From Pseudogymnoascus verrucosus (lineage: Eukaryota): a stretch of DNA of 64,000 bases. The notes under the pieces were generated by a model. It was given only the letters and a program-made list of their open reading frames with translations. It searched no databases and was not told the DNA's origin. The stretch lies in the NCBI GenBank assembly GCA_001662655.1, contig KV460210.1, one strand, 5' to 3'. Below, in pieces: positions 12,229 to 24,146 of the stretch (the first letter of the stretch is position 1; each line of letters begins with the position of its first letter). The translations under genes were made by a program, and so were the position numbers.

Positions 12229-15200
12229 ATGTCAACACCCAGCGCACCACCAGCACAAGGTGCAGGTCGAGGCGGAAGACCTCGACATTATAGAAGACCA
12301 CGGCGAGGAGGCGCACAGAACGGGACTGCTCCTATCCCAGGAGCCCCACGAGACACACCAGCACAACCGACCCTTGGAAACGCAACCGCTGTTCCTCCAG
12401 CTCCAGTGGCGCAGGCAGCTCCGGGCTCAAATCCGAACCCAAACCGAAGGAACAATGGGCAATCAAGTCGGGGCAGAGGCGGAAGGCCGGGTCAAAGAGG
12501 AGGAGCGCCTAGGCATGTGATGGGAGGTGCGGGGGGAAGAGCGTTTGGCGGGCAGCTCACGTCCGCGGGAGGAGCAAGCGGAGGCTCAGCACCTTTATCG
12601 CTGCAGGCTGACGCACCGGCGTTTACACCTGGCCAAACAGTAGTTCCCAGAACCACCGCCACCCACAACCACCCTCCGCCAAATATCGGGAGGCAGCGAC
12701 GGTTTTCGAAGTCGCAGGCTGCAGATATTGCAACCCGAACACACGAGGACATCCTACACGGCTTATACGAATGTCCAATATGCACTAGCGAAGTACTCAA
12801 GAACTCAAAGGTATGGTCGTGCAAGACCTGCTGGACCGTTTTCCACCTGTCGTGCGTAAAGAAATGGGCGAAGAACGAGGGGTCTACGCAGCAGAACCGC
12901 CAGCAACTACAGGAAGGAGAGCTACCGCCGGCAAGGCAGTGGAGATGTCCTGGGTGTAATCTACCCAAGGATGATATGCCAGAGTCATATACCTGCTGGT
13001 GTGCAAAGGATGTCGACCCGAAGGCCATTCCTGGACTACCACCGCACTCATGTGGACAGACCTGCGGGAAGCCTCGAGCACCACGGAATTGCCCGCATCC
13101 TTGCGACCTGATATGCCATGCTGGACCATGCCCACCATGTCCTCATATGGGACCTGTACAAGCTTGTTTCTGTGGGAAGGACGAGGTTAGTAAGAGGTGT
13201 ATCGACACTCATTACGATAGTGGCTGGAGCTGCGGCAAAAAGTGTGGTGATATGATGCCCTGTGGGGAGCATGAGTGCGTGAAGGGCTGCCATGAAGGGC
13301 TCTGCGGAAGCTGCGAAGTACTCGTCGAATCGCGCTGTTATTGCGGAAAGGTCGAGAAGATGGTGCCTTGCTCGGATAGAGGCGACGAAAAGGACAGTAG
13401 CATTGTGAAGGATGACAACGAGGTTGACAACTGGACCGGATCATTCGAATGTGGGAACGTTTGCAAACGCGCCTATGACTGTGGACGCCACTTTTGCGAG
13501 AAGAGCTGCCATGAACAGACAGCCGATGTACCACATTGTCCACTATCGCCAGATGTCATCACCCACTGCCCTTGTGGAAAGAGTACTTTGAAAGACCTGG
13601 ACTGTACGAGAAGTTCCTGCGAAGAGCCCATTCCGCATTGCCAGAAGCTGTGCTTAAAGCAGCTGGCTTGTGGACACGAATGCCAGCAGAAATGCCACGA
13701 AGGAGAGTGCCTGCCTTGTCTCAAGGTCGTGCCCATTGTCTGCCGATGTGGACGAACGACGTCATCAACCATCTGCCACCAAGGTACCGAGGCTCTCCCG
13801 CAGTGCATGAGGATTTGCAAGACAGCCCTCAATTGCGGACGACACGAATGTGGAGAGCATTGTTGTCCTGGCGAGAAGCCTGCTGGGGAACGCATTGCGG
13901 CGAAGCGAAAGCAGAAGGTATCTCGTGGGACAACGGAAGACTATGAGGCAGAGCACATATGCACGAGAGTCTGCGGGAGAGATTTGAAATGTGGGAACCC
14001 AGAGCATACTTGTCAAGAACTCTGCCACCGTGGCGCATGCGGTGCGTGTAGAGAAGCCATCTTTGATGAGATCTCTTGCAACTGCGGTCGGACTGTGCTT
14101 CACCCACCGCTCCCATGCGGCACTCAGCCGCCTCCTTGTCCACACCAATGCAACAGGCGCACCGCATGTGGCCACCCGGCAGTAAACCACCAGTGCCACG
14201 GCGATGGAGAGTCCTGCCCCAAGTGTCCCTACCTTGTGCAGAAGACATGCATGTGCGGCAAGAAAATCCTTAAAAACCAACCGTGTTGGTCTACGCAGAT
14301 ATCCTGTGGACAGACTTGCGGACATCGCCTTCGTTGCGGCATTCACTCCTGCCAGAAGCCATGCCATCGGGCTGGCGACTGTGAGGATGCTTTACTCACT
14401 CAATGTCCCCACGTCTGCGGTAAGACCAAAACCACACCAGGTTGCGGCCACATCTGCCTCGAGCCCTGCCATGCGCCGTATCCGTGCAAAGAAGACAAGC
14501 CGTGCCAGGCCAAGGTTATCATAACCTGCGCCTGCCAGCACCTTAAGCAAGAAGTGCGCTGCCTAGCCACCAAAGCGACGCCAGTGACTGAACGCAAGAC
14601 CCTGGCCTGCGACGACGAATGTCTCCGCCTTCAACGCAATGCCAAGCTTGCTGCCGCCCTCAATATCCCATCCGACCACACGGATGACCATATTCCATAC
14701 TCCGCGGCGACTCTCGACTTCTTCAAGGGGAGTCCAAAGTGGTGTCAGACACAAGAGCGTGAGTTCCGTGTCTTCGCTGCCGACACAACTGCCAAGCAGT
14801 TCCGATTCAAGCCCATGTCTGCCGCTCAACGTGCCTTCCTGCACTCCCTCGCGGAAGATTTTGCTCTCGACACCGAATCCGTCGACCCTGAACCCCACCG
14901 ACACGTAGTCCTCTTCAAGGCGCCACGCTTTACCAGCGCACCGATGAAGACACTCAGCCAGTGCCTCAAGCTTCGTCCTGTGGTCGAGGCACCCAAGAAC
15001 GCTCCTGCAACCACGGGTGTTCCGTTCAATGCGTTGCTACTCGCCAACCCACGCTTCGCACTCACCCTTGATGAGCTCCGCGCTGCTGTTGCATCCGATC
15101 CGGCGACTGCGCAGATCGCGGGGTGGAAAATAGAGTTCCTCCCTAGTGAGGAGATCGTGGTACGCGCGAGTCTCGCAGACGGCGTCGACGAGGCAACTCT

Positions 15201-15651
15201 GCAGCGCCTCAAGCCTGCGCTTACCAAGGTGGTGCTCGAGAAGGAGCTGGCGGGAGCTGTCGCGCTCTGCGCCGTGGACGCGAGTTTGAATGTTGCACGG
15301 AGAGAGGATACTGGATCTGCGGGAGGGTGGAGCCAGGTTGTCAAGGGTGCGCCTGTGAAGAAGAGAGTCGTCGACGAGTGGGCTGCCAGTGGCAAGAATT
15401 CGTTCACGGTTCTTGGAAGTAAGGCGGCGGGGAAGAAGAAGGAGAAGGAGAAGGGAAAGGAGAGAGAGAGGCAGGAGAGCGTTGTGGAGAATTGGGAAGA
15501 TGCGGTTGGAGCATGGGAGGAGAGTGCCGAGGGTGCAACTGGCGCAGTCGTTGCTGGCGCAGTTGATGAAACTGAGGTTGCAGATGCGAGTGCAGCAGAA
15601 GAAGCGCCGGTGCCAGCCAGTGGCCAAACGAAGATGCCAGATGTGGAGTGA
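12229..15651 (+). CDS. NFX1/FAP1 (shuttle craft)-like protein: RING/PHD-like finger, NF-X1 zinc-finger repeats and R3H domain
   Basis: YECPIC...WSCKTCWTVFHLSCVKKW...WRCPGC; many CGxHxCxxxCHxGxC repeats; R3H-like FKPMSAAQRAFLHSLAEDF. Single open frame with ATG at 12229. Confidence 0.92.
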   Translation: MSTPSAPPAQGAGRGGRPRHYRRPRRGGAQNGTAPIPGAPRDTPAQPTLGNATAVPPAPVAQAAPGSNPNPNRRNNGQSSRGRGGRPGQRGGAPRHVMGGAGGRAFGGQLTSAGGASGGSAPLSLQADAPAFTPGQTVVPRTTATHNHPPPNIGRQRRFSKSQAADIATRTHEDILHGLYECPICTSEVLKNSKVWSCKTCWTVFHLSCVKKWAKNEGSTQQNRQQLQEGELPPARQWRCPGCNLPKDDMPESYTCWCAKDVDPKAIPGLPPHSCGQTCGKPRAPRNCPHPCDLICHAGPCPPCPHMGPVQACFCGKDEVSKRCIDTHYDSGWSCGKKCGDMMPCGEHECVKGCHEGLCGSCEVLVESRCYCGKVEKMVPCSDRGDEKDSSIVKDDNEVDNWTGSFECGNVCKRAYDCGRHFCEKSCHEQTADVPHCPLSPDVITHCPCGKSTLKDLDCTRSSCEEPIPHCQKLCLKQLACGHECQQKCHEGECLPCLKVVPIVCRCGRTTSSTICHQGTEALPQCMRICKTALNCGRHECGEHCCPGEKPAGERIAAKRKQKVSRGTTEDYEAEHICTRVCGRDLKCGNPEHTCQELCHRGACGACREAIFDEISCNCGRTVLHPPLPCGTQPPPCPHQCNRRTACGHPAVNHQCHGDGESCPKCPYLVQKTCMCGKKILKNQPCWSTQISCGQTCGHRLRCGIHSCQKPCHRAGDCEDALLTQCPHVCGKTKTTPGCGHICLEPCHAPYPCKEDKPCQAKVIITCACQHLKQEVRCLATKATPVTERKTLACDDECLRLQRNAKLAAALNIPSDHTDDHIPYSAATLDFFKGSPKWCQTQEREFRVFAADTTAKQFRFKPMSAAQRAFLHSLAEDFALDTESVDPEPHRHVVLFKAPRFTSAPMKTLSQCLKLRPVVEAPKNAPATTGVPFNALLLANPRFALTLDELRAAVASDPATAQIAGWKIEFLPSEEIVVRASLADGVDEATLQRLKPALTKVVLEKELAGAVALCAVDASLNVARREDTGSAGGWSQVVKGAPVKKRVVDEWAASGKNSFTVLGSKAAGKKKEKEKGKERERQESVVENWEDAVGAWEESAEGATGAVVAGAVDETEVADASAAEEAPVPASGQTKMPDVE

Positions 15652-15824
15652 TGGAAGAAGTAGCTGTATTAGAAGCTCATTTTAAAACCTTAAACACGAC
15701 TGATTAAGCATGACATGATCATTAAATTGTGACACTGCCCTGTGGCATATATGGCCTCTATATGACAATTATTTGTAATATTACAGCTCGCCTGGGACAT
15801 CTCTAAGCCTAGTTATGCGCCCCA

Positions 15825-16961
15825 TCACGACCTCAGCGGCAGAATGTGCTGCGCCAGACAGCCTCTCCTGCAAAGCGGGCATTCTGGCTTCTCCCTCACC
15901 CAGTCTCCAATACACGTCCAGCAGAATACATGTCCACACTGCGTCGCACTCGGATCCTTCAGGTCCTCTAAACATAATGTACAGCGCCGTTGCTGGGCGC
16001 CTTTAATCCACGCCATCACATCATCACCTTTAAGCTCCACCCTCGGGACGCTGAGAACGGGTGTATGCATCGCCCTTTCGATATTTATGGTAGATCCCGC
16101 GCCCGTGGAGGCATCTAGGAGCAGCTCGCTGCTAGAAGTGAATGAATTCTCGTTGAGGGAAATCTCGACCCCATTGTCGAGGACAGCAGTGCCGCTGCCC
16201 TGGGCATTCGCGGTATGGGCCGGCTGCGAGAATTCGGCAACCGTCGAATTAAGGTGTATCCAGCTCTGGACGGCGATCTGGAGGACAAGGAGGACACCGA
16301 GGACTTCGTAGCCGATGCGGGCTTCCGATTCCCCGATTTTCTTGGTGAAGATGTAGCGCAGGCCCCAGATACGCTTGGAGAGCTGATAGTACGAGCCGGT
16401 GAAGTAGAAGACGGTGAGGGTGGCGGCGTGGATGGGTGACGGGGAAGTGATTGCGGCAAGATGCCTTAGGATATATGATTGGAACTTATAGGATCGCGAG
16501 GATTGCTGCTGGTCCTTCGATAAGCGGCGTAGGTTGCGCTCGAGCTTGGCGCGGATCCGGGCGCGGAATGAAGGAAGGAGGCGGTTGAGGGAGTATGGGA
16601 GAAGGATGGCGGTTAGGATGTAGCCAGCTCGGCGCGTTATGCTGGGTAACCTGAGGGTGTCGTCTTCAATCTGGATGATATCGCAGTATTCCTCGCCGAG
16701 TGTGCGGTTGCCAATGAGAGTTGTGAGGGCGAGATATGAGAGGTCGGCGAACGTGCTTGCTTCGGCCGTCCACTTGTGGAGGAAGCGTGCGCCGTAGAGT
16801 TGTCGCAGTATGTCGGAAATGTGGTTCATGAGGACGCCCTCAAAGTATGCATCTTTCTGATGTGACCGAATTATGTCTGGTGCGGCAGCGAAAGGGTAGT
16901 TGAAGGACGTGGAGGGCACGGATGGAGCTGGGCGAGCTGTCTTGGACACATGATCGGACAT
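15825..16961 (-). CDS. pex10: Peroxin Pex10 (RING E3 ligase)
   Basis: YPFAAAPDIIRSHQKD, TLGEEYCD motif and C-terminal C3HC4 RING CTLCLE...CGHVFCWTCI...ECPLCR. Confidence 0.95.
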   Translation of the reverse strand: MSDHVSKTARPAPSVPSTSFNYPFAAAPDIIRSHQKDAYFEGVLMNHISDILRQLYGARFLHKWTAEASTFADLSYLALTTLIGNRTLGEEYCDIIQIEDDTLRLPSITRRAGYILTAILLPYSLNRLLPSFRARIRAKLERNLRRLSKDQQQSSRSYKFQSYILRHLAAITSPSPIHAATLTVFYFTGSYYQLSKRIWGLRYIFTKKIGESEARIGYEVLGVLLVLQIAVQSWIHLNSTVAEFSQPAHTANAQGSGTAVLDNGVEISLNENSFTSSSELLLDASTGAGSTINIERAMHTPVLSVPRVELKGDDVMAWIKGAQQRRCTLCLEDLKDPSATQCGHVFCWTCIGDWVREKPECPLCRRGCLAQHILPLRS

Positions 16962-17425
16962 GGTGGGTTGAAAGGCTCAGGGCCCTTCGAGAGGTATTTC
17001 GAGCCAATTATTGAGGTCGCCAACTAATACAGATCATATACTGTATGCCGTGGTAGTAGAAGCTGATCTGGTTCGAGGAGGTTGTCGAGAAATGAAGCTG
17101 CGGCTTTGTAAAGTCGATCATGAATATGACGGATATGAAGCCGAGGCTGGACGCTGGCTGTAGTGGGGACCACGACCCGGCACTTATCAAATAGCGCCTT
17201 TCCTATCTCGGGGTCTTGGCGGCTTTTATCTATGTTCCATGTGTCACGACTGACACGCGGTCAAATCAACATTTAATTGTTTAATTGTATTAATAAATTT
17301 ATTTATTTTGCAAACTTGGCGACCTCGACATATTTTGTCTTTACCCTCACATCAGCAGGATATATCTTTAGAGATTGGAAATTCTATATCGCTGGCCTCG
17401 ATGGTTATTATTTCACAACGCTACC

Positions 17426-18761
17426 ATGGATGGAGACCCGTCTGTTGAGCCACAGCTCGACTCGTTCAGTCGGACGCTGCCGCTGCCATACAGATGCGCT
17501 CTTATAATTGTTGCTGGTACGCTCTATTCTTCTGCCATTGATACTCTCCTGCTGACATCCTCTAGCGGTCTGGGCCTGGGGCGCCAACCTGCAGTACCTG
17601 TCCTTTCTTAAAATCGTAAGTCGACTGTCCACTCCGTTGAATGCCCTCCTGACGTCGTTGCAGGACGTCCCAGCCCTCATAAGATACCCCGGCCGACAAT
17701 CTTTGACCGAAGCCGCGCATCATCTGTCTACATACCGTCTGGCGACCATCCTCTCCGGCTCCCTCGGCCTGTCACTCGTTACATTCTGGATCTTCTCCCA
17801 CCGCGATGCCGAACTCGTCATCTTCTACGACTGGATGCCGATGACCTACCTGCTCTTCCTCGCCCTCCTCTTCGTTCTCCCACTACGATACCACTCCACA
17901 ACAGGGCGATACCACTTCCTCAAAACCCTACGCCGCGTCGCTGTAGGCGGAATTGCTGAGGCGAAAGATGGCAAATTCGGCGATATCCTCCTCGCCGATG
18001 TGCTCACCTCCTATTCCAAGATCCTCGCAGACCTCTTCATATCCGTCTGCATGTTCCTGACTACCAATGGATCAGCGACAGAGCAGCCCGATCGCCGTTG
18101 CGGCGGACGTTTCTTGGTGCCGCTCATCATCGCCATCCCAAGCGCCATCCGATTTCGACAATGTCTAATCGAGTACGGTCGCGTGCGGGACGCCAACCAC
18201 CGCACAACAAGTCTGGTGTCCACTGGATCAGGCGGCGTGCACCTGGCTAACGCGCTGAAATATGCCACCGCCTTCCCCGTCATCATTTTGAGCGCCTTGC
18301 AGCGAAGCAGCTCTGATGCGTCAACCACCGCTACTGCTGCCGAGACATCACTGTACCGACTGTGGCTACTGGCGGTGATTGTCAACTCGTCCTACTCATT
18401 CTACTGGGACGTAGCTAATGACTGGGACCTCACTCTCCTGTCGCCTGCACGCTCCAACCCAGAGCACCCGTATGGCCTGCGACGCAAGATGGTCTTCCGG
18501 GCAAGCGAGATCTACTATGTCGCTATAGGTCTCGACTTTCTCCTGCGAATCACCTGGACTCTGAAATTGAGCCCCCACCTGGACCAGTTTAACGATTGGG
18601 AGGGTGGCATATTCTGCATCCAGGCTCTTGAGGTGTTCAGACGCTGGATCTGGATATTCTTCCGTGTCGAGACCGAGTGGGTGAGGAATACGAGCACGGG
18701 ATTGGGCCAGGATGATATCCTTCTTGGGGACTACTCGAGTGGAAAGGACGATGACGATTGA
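17426..18761 (+). CDS. EXS-domain membrane protein (ERD1-like)
   Basis: FGDILLADVLTSYSK, RFRQCL, HLANALKY, YSFYWDVANDWDL, LEVFRRWIWIFFRVETEW. No SPX domain. Introns 17517-17565 and 17616-17663. Confidence 0.88.
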
Positions 18762-19359
18762 ACGTATATGGGAAATGATATACGGGATGGTTATTCAATT
18801 GCCCAGGCGTCTAGGGCAATAGACTAGGATCTCTCTGTGCACATAGAACGTGTTTAGTAGGGTGTAGATGACAAGCAGAATAATATCAATACTATATATA
18901 ACAAGTACAGACGCCCCCAAACTGACCATGGATATCGCTCCGTAGCCAGACGGAGTAAGCCCTTGAACACACCATACATAGAAATCCCACGCCAGAGAAA
19001 ATCTTGGTATCTATTATCCATGACAACGAAATGCATCCGAACCCCGGGTGGCCCTAGACCGTACAACAACGCCACAGCCCCTTTCAATGCCGACATGCCA
19101 ACCGTTCTTGCGCTGAGTGCCAGACTTGTTCTCTCAACACAAACACGCAAATGCAAACTCACAAAACGTGGATGAAAATGTTCGAAATTATTAAACGGAG
19201 GTACCAAGAAGCGCACGCTCCAATGCGTCGATAACCCAACCCGCTCGCACGAATCGTGACGATGATAGTACTAAAGAGATGTATACACAAGAATCAAACT
19301 TTCGATCGATCGGTCGGCCGTAAAATGCTTTCCCTCGTCCATTCGAAATCTTAGGGATC

Positions 19360-20837
19360 CTAGAAAAACAACACTATCTCTCCCCGATCATTCTTCCGCA
19401 TCCTCAAGCTCTTCCACAGTTCCTTCTCTTCTGCACCCTTGCCAGCTCCGAGTCCGCTGGATGCCCTCATGCGATGATACCTCTTCAGAGCCTTGTTCAT
19501 GCTGACGCCGCGCTCGCTCCCTGGGCCTTTGCTCACGAATCCGAGGAGCATCCCTGCGAGCTCCTCCGGGCCATCAGACGCCTTGAACACCACCATTTGG
19601 CCTGGGTCTTGCGAGGCGCCCGCCGAGGACTTGTACTCGATCATCTTCTGGTCGGCATCCCTGTGCTTGGTTCGCGACTGTTTCCTCGGGCGGTCCTCGT
19701 CGTGTTTACGCTCCTTCTTCTCCTTGTGCTCTTTACTGCTCTTCCGCGGCTTCTTCGTGGTGGTAATCATTTGCATGATGGCTGTGCCGAATCCGCCCTC
19801 GCTATGGTGCTTCTTGGTCTCCTTGGTGCGCTTGGAGCGCTTGAGTGGGCTACCTGGCGATGCCTCCACGTTGTCACCTGAGTAGTCTGGGCTGGGTGGG
19901 AAGGCGCCATCGCGCGCCATCATCTTCTGGAGGCCGCCGGTGAGACCTGAGTGCAACACTGGTGGTGCGTCGGTCATCTCGAGGTCACGGTCGACGGATG
20001 AGGTTGCTGAGGTATCGACATGGAGGCGCTTGCGCTTCTTGTCGGATTTGGAGGCGGAGGTGACCTTGTCCTTGGACTTCGACTTGCGTTCCTTAGGTGC
20101 TGGTGTGCGGACGTCAGTTGGTACTGGGCCAGTGCCGTACTGGACGAGCGCTTCGGAACCTTCATCCTCAATCTGGCTGAAACGAACAACAGCTCCGGAG
20201 CCGTTCGCGTATGCTGGACTCGGGGTCGGAGGCGCAGCGTCTTCGAGGCGGCGCCGCTCTGCTGCGGCGAGATTGACGGTCGATGGGTTGGGCGTCTCCG
20301 CACCAACGTAGAAATCGAAGACATTTACGGGTTCCTGGTGCTCGAAGTCTGGTGCGGCTGACGGCGGCATTGGGGCCTCCGGAGGCGCATCCACGATAGC
20401 GATGTGGGAGTTGTGGTCCTCAACCTCGGGAGCATCCTCAATATATGCCTTTCTCGCGCCATTGTTGTTATTCTTTCCCTTCTTCTCCTTCTCGGGTCTG
20501 TAGAGCGCGCCTTGGTACTTTTGGGCTTCAGAGATGCAGCTCTGCGAGGGGGTTAGCAAACGCGACGAGGGTTTTGGGATAGGGTAAACAACGTACAGTA
20601 TGGCTGCGATACTCGGTGCCCCAGAAGTGCACCATGCAATCGAGACATGTAAATGAGGCACCTCGGCACTGGTTCACATGAGAGTCCAGTTTCTTCTTTG
20701 TGAGGACATCACCACAACCCTGTAGGCGCAATTAGTGAGGGCCATAAAATGAGGCCCAGGATGAAGGAAAGGGCCTGCTGGGGGGGTTGAGTGGGGTCTG
20801 TGTTGTGTGTACGTACCTCGCATGAAAACGAGACCAT
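19360..20837 (-). CDS. LYAR-type C2HC zinc-finger nucleolar protein
   Basis: Spliced N-terminus MVSFSCEGCGDVLTKKKLDSHVNQCRGASFTCLDCMVHF...HTSCISEAQKYQG via introns 20720-20816 and 20542-20596; K/R-rich C-terminal half. Confidence 0.9.
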
Positions 20838-21459
20838 GTTCGCGTGAGCGGTGTAACAGAGTGGACTTTTTATATGATGAATCTGTCTATGGAAGATGTC
20901 GGATGGCGCGAAGAAGGATGGTTGTGGGGTTGGGTTGTCGGGGGGTGGAAGGATGTGAGAGAGGCGGTGAAGATTGAAGTCGGAAAGACGTTGTTGTTGT
21001 TAAAATTGGTGTGTGTGTGTCTCTTGTTGGATAAGATGTGATTGTCGTAGTGTAATGTATGTTTTGCGACAAGTATATGGGGGGGAGAAGGGGGGGGGGT
21101 GGAGGAGGAGGAGGAAGAGTGAGTGTTGAAGTGAGACGGCGGTTCCAGATTGTCGAGCAGGTGCAGGCGCAAAGGGCAGGATTGATGGGTTTCTTGGGTT
21201 TTTCTTGGGTTGTAGTTGTGTCAGGTTGTCAGAGGGGAGGAGGGGGGAGGGGCAGTTGGGCCAACGAGAAGCCTGGACAGGGATTTCTCCCCTGGGAAAA
21301 ATGGTGGAAAATGGGGATTTTTTTGGTACGTGATGCGTTTGGGAAAAAATAGAAATAGATAGCTGATAGAGATAAATTCATAAATAGAATTTATGGCTTT
21401 ATGCTTTATGGCATAGTCTAGCCGCCCATCGATAGGGATTTGGATTTATGATTATTGCG

Positions 21460-21600
21460 GCACATCGCACATCGCACATCGCAAATCACACAGGCATAGG
21501 CACAGGCATAGGCACAGGCACAGTCAACATAGAGTCAATATCAATATAGAGTATAATAGAGTGTATTAGAGAATATTAGACAATATTAGAGCCCAGTTAT
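21460..21600. repeat. Short tandem repeats (CACATCG)n and (GGCACAGGCATA)n
   Basis: Directly visible in the intergenic region between the divergent LYAR-like and bem46 genes. Confidence 0.7.
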
Positions 21601-22109
21601 TCGATCGTGCTATATCATTTTCTCTCCGTTGGGCTGATTTACATGCCCATTGCCAGCATATACTAGCATATTTAGGCATATTTACTATATTAACGCAATT
21701 AAAATGACCAGCCGTCGGGTACCTACATTAACGTAGGGCTTATGGCGTCTCGCCAAGTACCCTTTTTATCCAAAATCCCAAAATGTACACCCACCCACCA
21801 CCCACCCTTACCTTTCCCCAGCACACAAAAAATCTCCACAATCCAAAAAAGAAACTGTACAGTACAATACAATATCCCAGTACAGAAACCAGCTCAGCAA
21901 TCTGCAACTCTTCCCTTTTGATCTCAAAACTCAAAACCCAAAACCCCAGGGCGGGGGAAGAGGCTCACCTGATGCCTGCTACCTGCTACCTGATGCTCCC
22001 GTATCTCGTCTGGAACTTAAACTTTTAGTTCATTTCTTTTGTCTCAAGTCTCTCCCGCTCTCCCTCTTCCTCCTTCCTTCCTTCTCTCTCTTCCTTGCTT
22101 TGCCGTGAG

Positions 22110-23489
22110 ATGAGCATGTCCGCTCATGGGTCAGCAGCTCCTTCCTACTTGGAGCTTCTCACGTCCTTCGGTGTGACGTGTGCTTCCTGGATGCGTGTCC
22201 CGGTGATAGTCTCGTCAGTCAGTCAGCCTTCATCCAACGCCCAGAGAGGTACGGCGATGCACCAGCCTGCTAATCTGTTTCGTCATAGGGCTTTGCCGTC
22301 ATATTGAGCTCTGCTCTCTATTTCAAACAAAAGTCAGTCTCCATTCACCCCCCCCCCCCAAACACCCAATTCAATGCAAGCTGACACGCGACACTCTCAG
22401 AGCCCTCATCTACCCATCGCACGTCCCCGGCGATGCCCGTACCAAGGTCCCCAAGCCGAGCCACTACGGCATCGACAACTATGAAGACCTCCAGATCCCC
22501 ACACCCGACGGCGAGAAGCTCTCTGCCTTCTTCATCCGCGCACCGAACCAAGCCCAGGCGGTGCCGACGACGGTGCTGATGTTCCACGGTAATGCCGGAA
22601 ACATTGGACACCGTGTCCCTATTGCGCAGATGATAGCGGAGCTGATGGGCTGCAGCGTATTCATGCTGGAGTACCGCGGCTATGGTCTGAGCACAGGTAG
22701 TCCCGACGAGAGGGGACTGATGATAGATGCACAGACCGCTCTGGACTATCTGACGAACAGGCACGAGACCAAGAACAACAAGATTGTAGTCTATGGACAG
22801 AGCCTGGGAGGTGCAGTCAGCATTCAACTGGTCGCGAAGAACCAGAAGAGCGGGAAGATCTCGGGGTTAATACTTGAGAACACCTTTCTGTCGATGAGGA
22901 AACTCATCCCTTCGTGAGTTGCTCTGGTCCCCCATTGCGGTTGTACGTCACTGACTGTTTCAGTGTTATCCCACCAGCCCGCTATCTCGCCCTCCTCTGC
23001 CACCAGATCTGGCCCTCCGAAACCATCATTCCCACCATAACCGAGGTTCCCGTGCTCTTCATCTCTGGTCTCAAGGACGAGATAGTCCCGTACGTCTCCC
23101 CCATTTCATATCCATCCCCACCGACGAAATGATGACTATATTTCCATCCACAAAACATGAGCCCTTCGGGTCCCAGATTATACAAGACGTCTTATGACAA
23201 CTCTGATCCTTCGTCCTTCGCATCATCATCATATATGTTCACAGCCGTAACCTGCTACATCAGCTGACCACATACATACAGTCCCGAACACATGCGCAAG
23301 CTCTACGAGCTCTGCCAATCCCCAACAAAGATCTGGAAGCCCATCGAAGAAGGCGACCACAACTCTTCCGTCCTGGAGCCGGGTTACTTCCATGCTATCC
23401 AGTCTTTCATGGAGAGTCTTGAGGGCCATGGCGACTTCAGCCAGATGGAGAAAGATCGCAAGAGCGTACAAGTCGAGCGAAAGGCTTAA
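22110..23489 (+). CDS. bem46: BEM46-family alpha/beta hydrolase (ABHD13-like)
   Basis: LYFKQKALIYP, FHGNAGNIGHR, EYRGYGLSTGSP, nucleophile motif YGQSLGGAV, LILENTF, SGLKDEIVP, GDHN. Introns 22218-22288, 22333-22400, 22914-22963 and 23090-23281. Confidence 0.92.
23123..23215 (+). ncRNA. Intronic box C/D snoRNA candidate in bem46 intron 4
   Basis: Box C ATGATGA 23129-23135; D' ATGA 23157-23160; cUUCGg hairpin; box D CTGA 23203-23206; terminal stem GACGAA (23123-23128) / TTCGTC (23210-23215). The host intron is 192 nt versus 50-71 nt for the other three introns of the gene. Confidence 0.8.
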
Positions 23490-24146
23490 AGCGGGACATT
23501 TTTTGACATACATGGGAGCGGGCACGGTTTTATAGGCAGGCGTTTAACTGATACTGGAGCAAAGCTGTTACAGGCTGGCGGCGTTTGGGGGATGGGCCTT
23601 GGTATTTTACTCTACGGAGAGGGATGGTCCCCAGAGAGCTTAGATTATGAGCTATATCTTTATGTTTCTTGGATGTATCAATTATCACACTCTTCCATTG
23701 TTCAACTGTCTATGTTCCACCTACTCATCATCACGGTATACCTTCCGTCAACTCCTGTCATCGCCCCACCCTTTTAGTAATATATAACATGATTTTCGCC
23801 CCGTTTCGCCCCGAATCAACTCAAATTGACTCCTATCCCGCTATCCGAGCCTCGTGTAATATCATCCCATCATAAATACAACTGATATTCCGAAAGCCTT
23901 TCATGAGTAAAGCAACATAGAAGAGTACTGGAGGTATAAAGCCAAAATGGCAAAGAGCGCTAAAGGGAAGAAAAGAAGAGAACCTGCAGAAAAAATGGCT
24001 GCCAGTCTCAGCCAAAACGCCGTGGGGAATACCAAAGTATATCCACAGCAAGAGAAGTAAAGTGGCGTTGTAAAACGCGTGGATAAATCCCAAAGGTCAG
24101 CAATCGAAGGAAAATTGTCTTTGCCAGATGTGACGGGAGGAACGGA

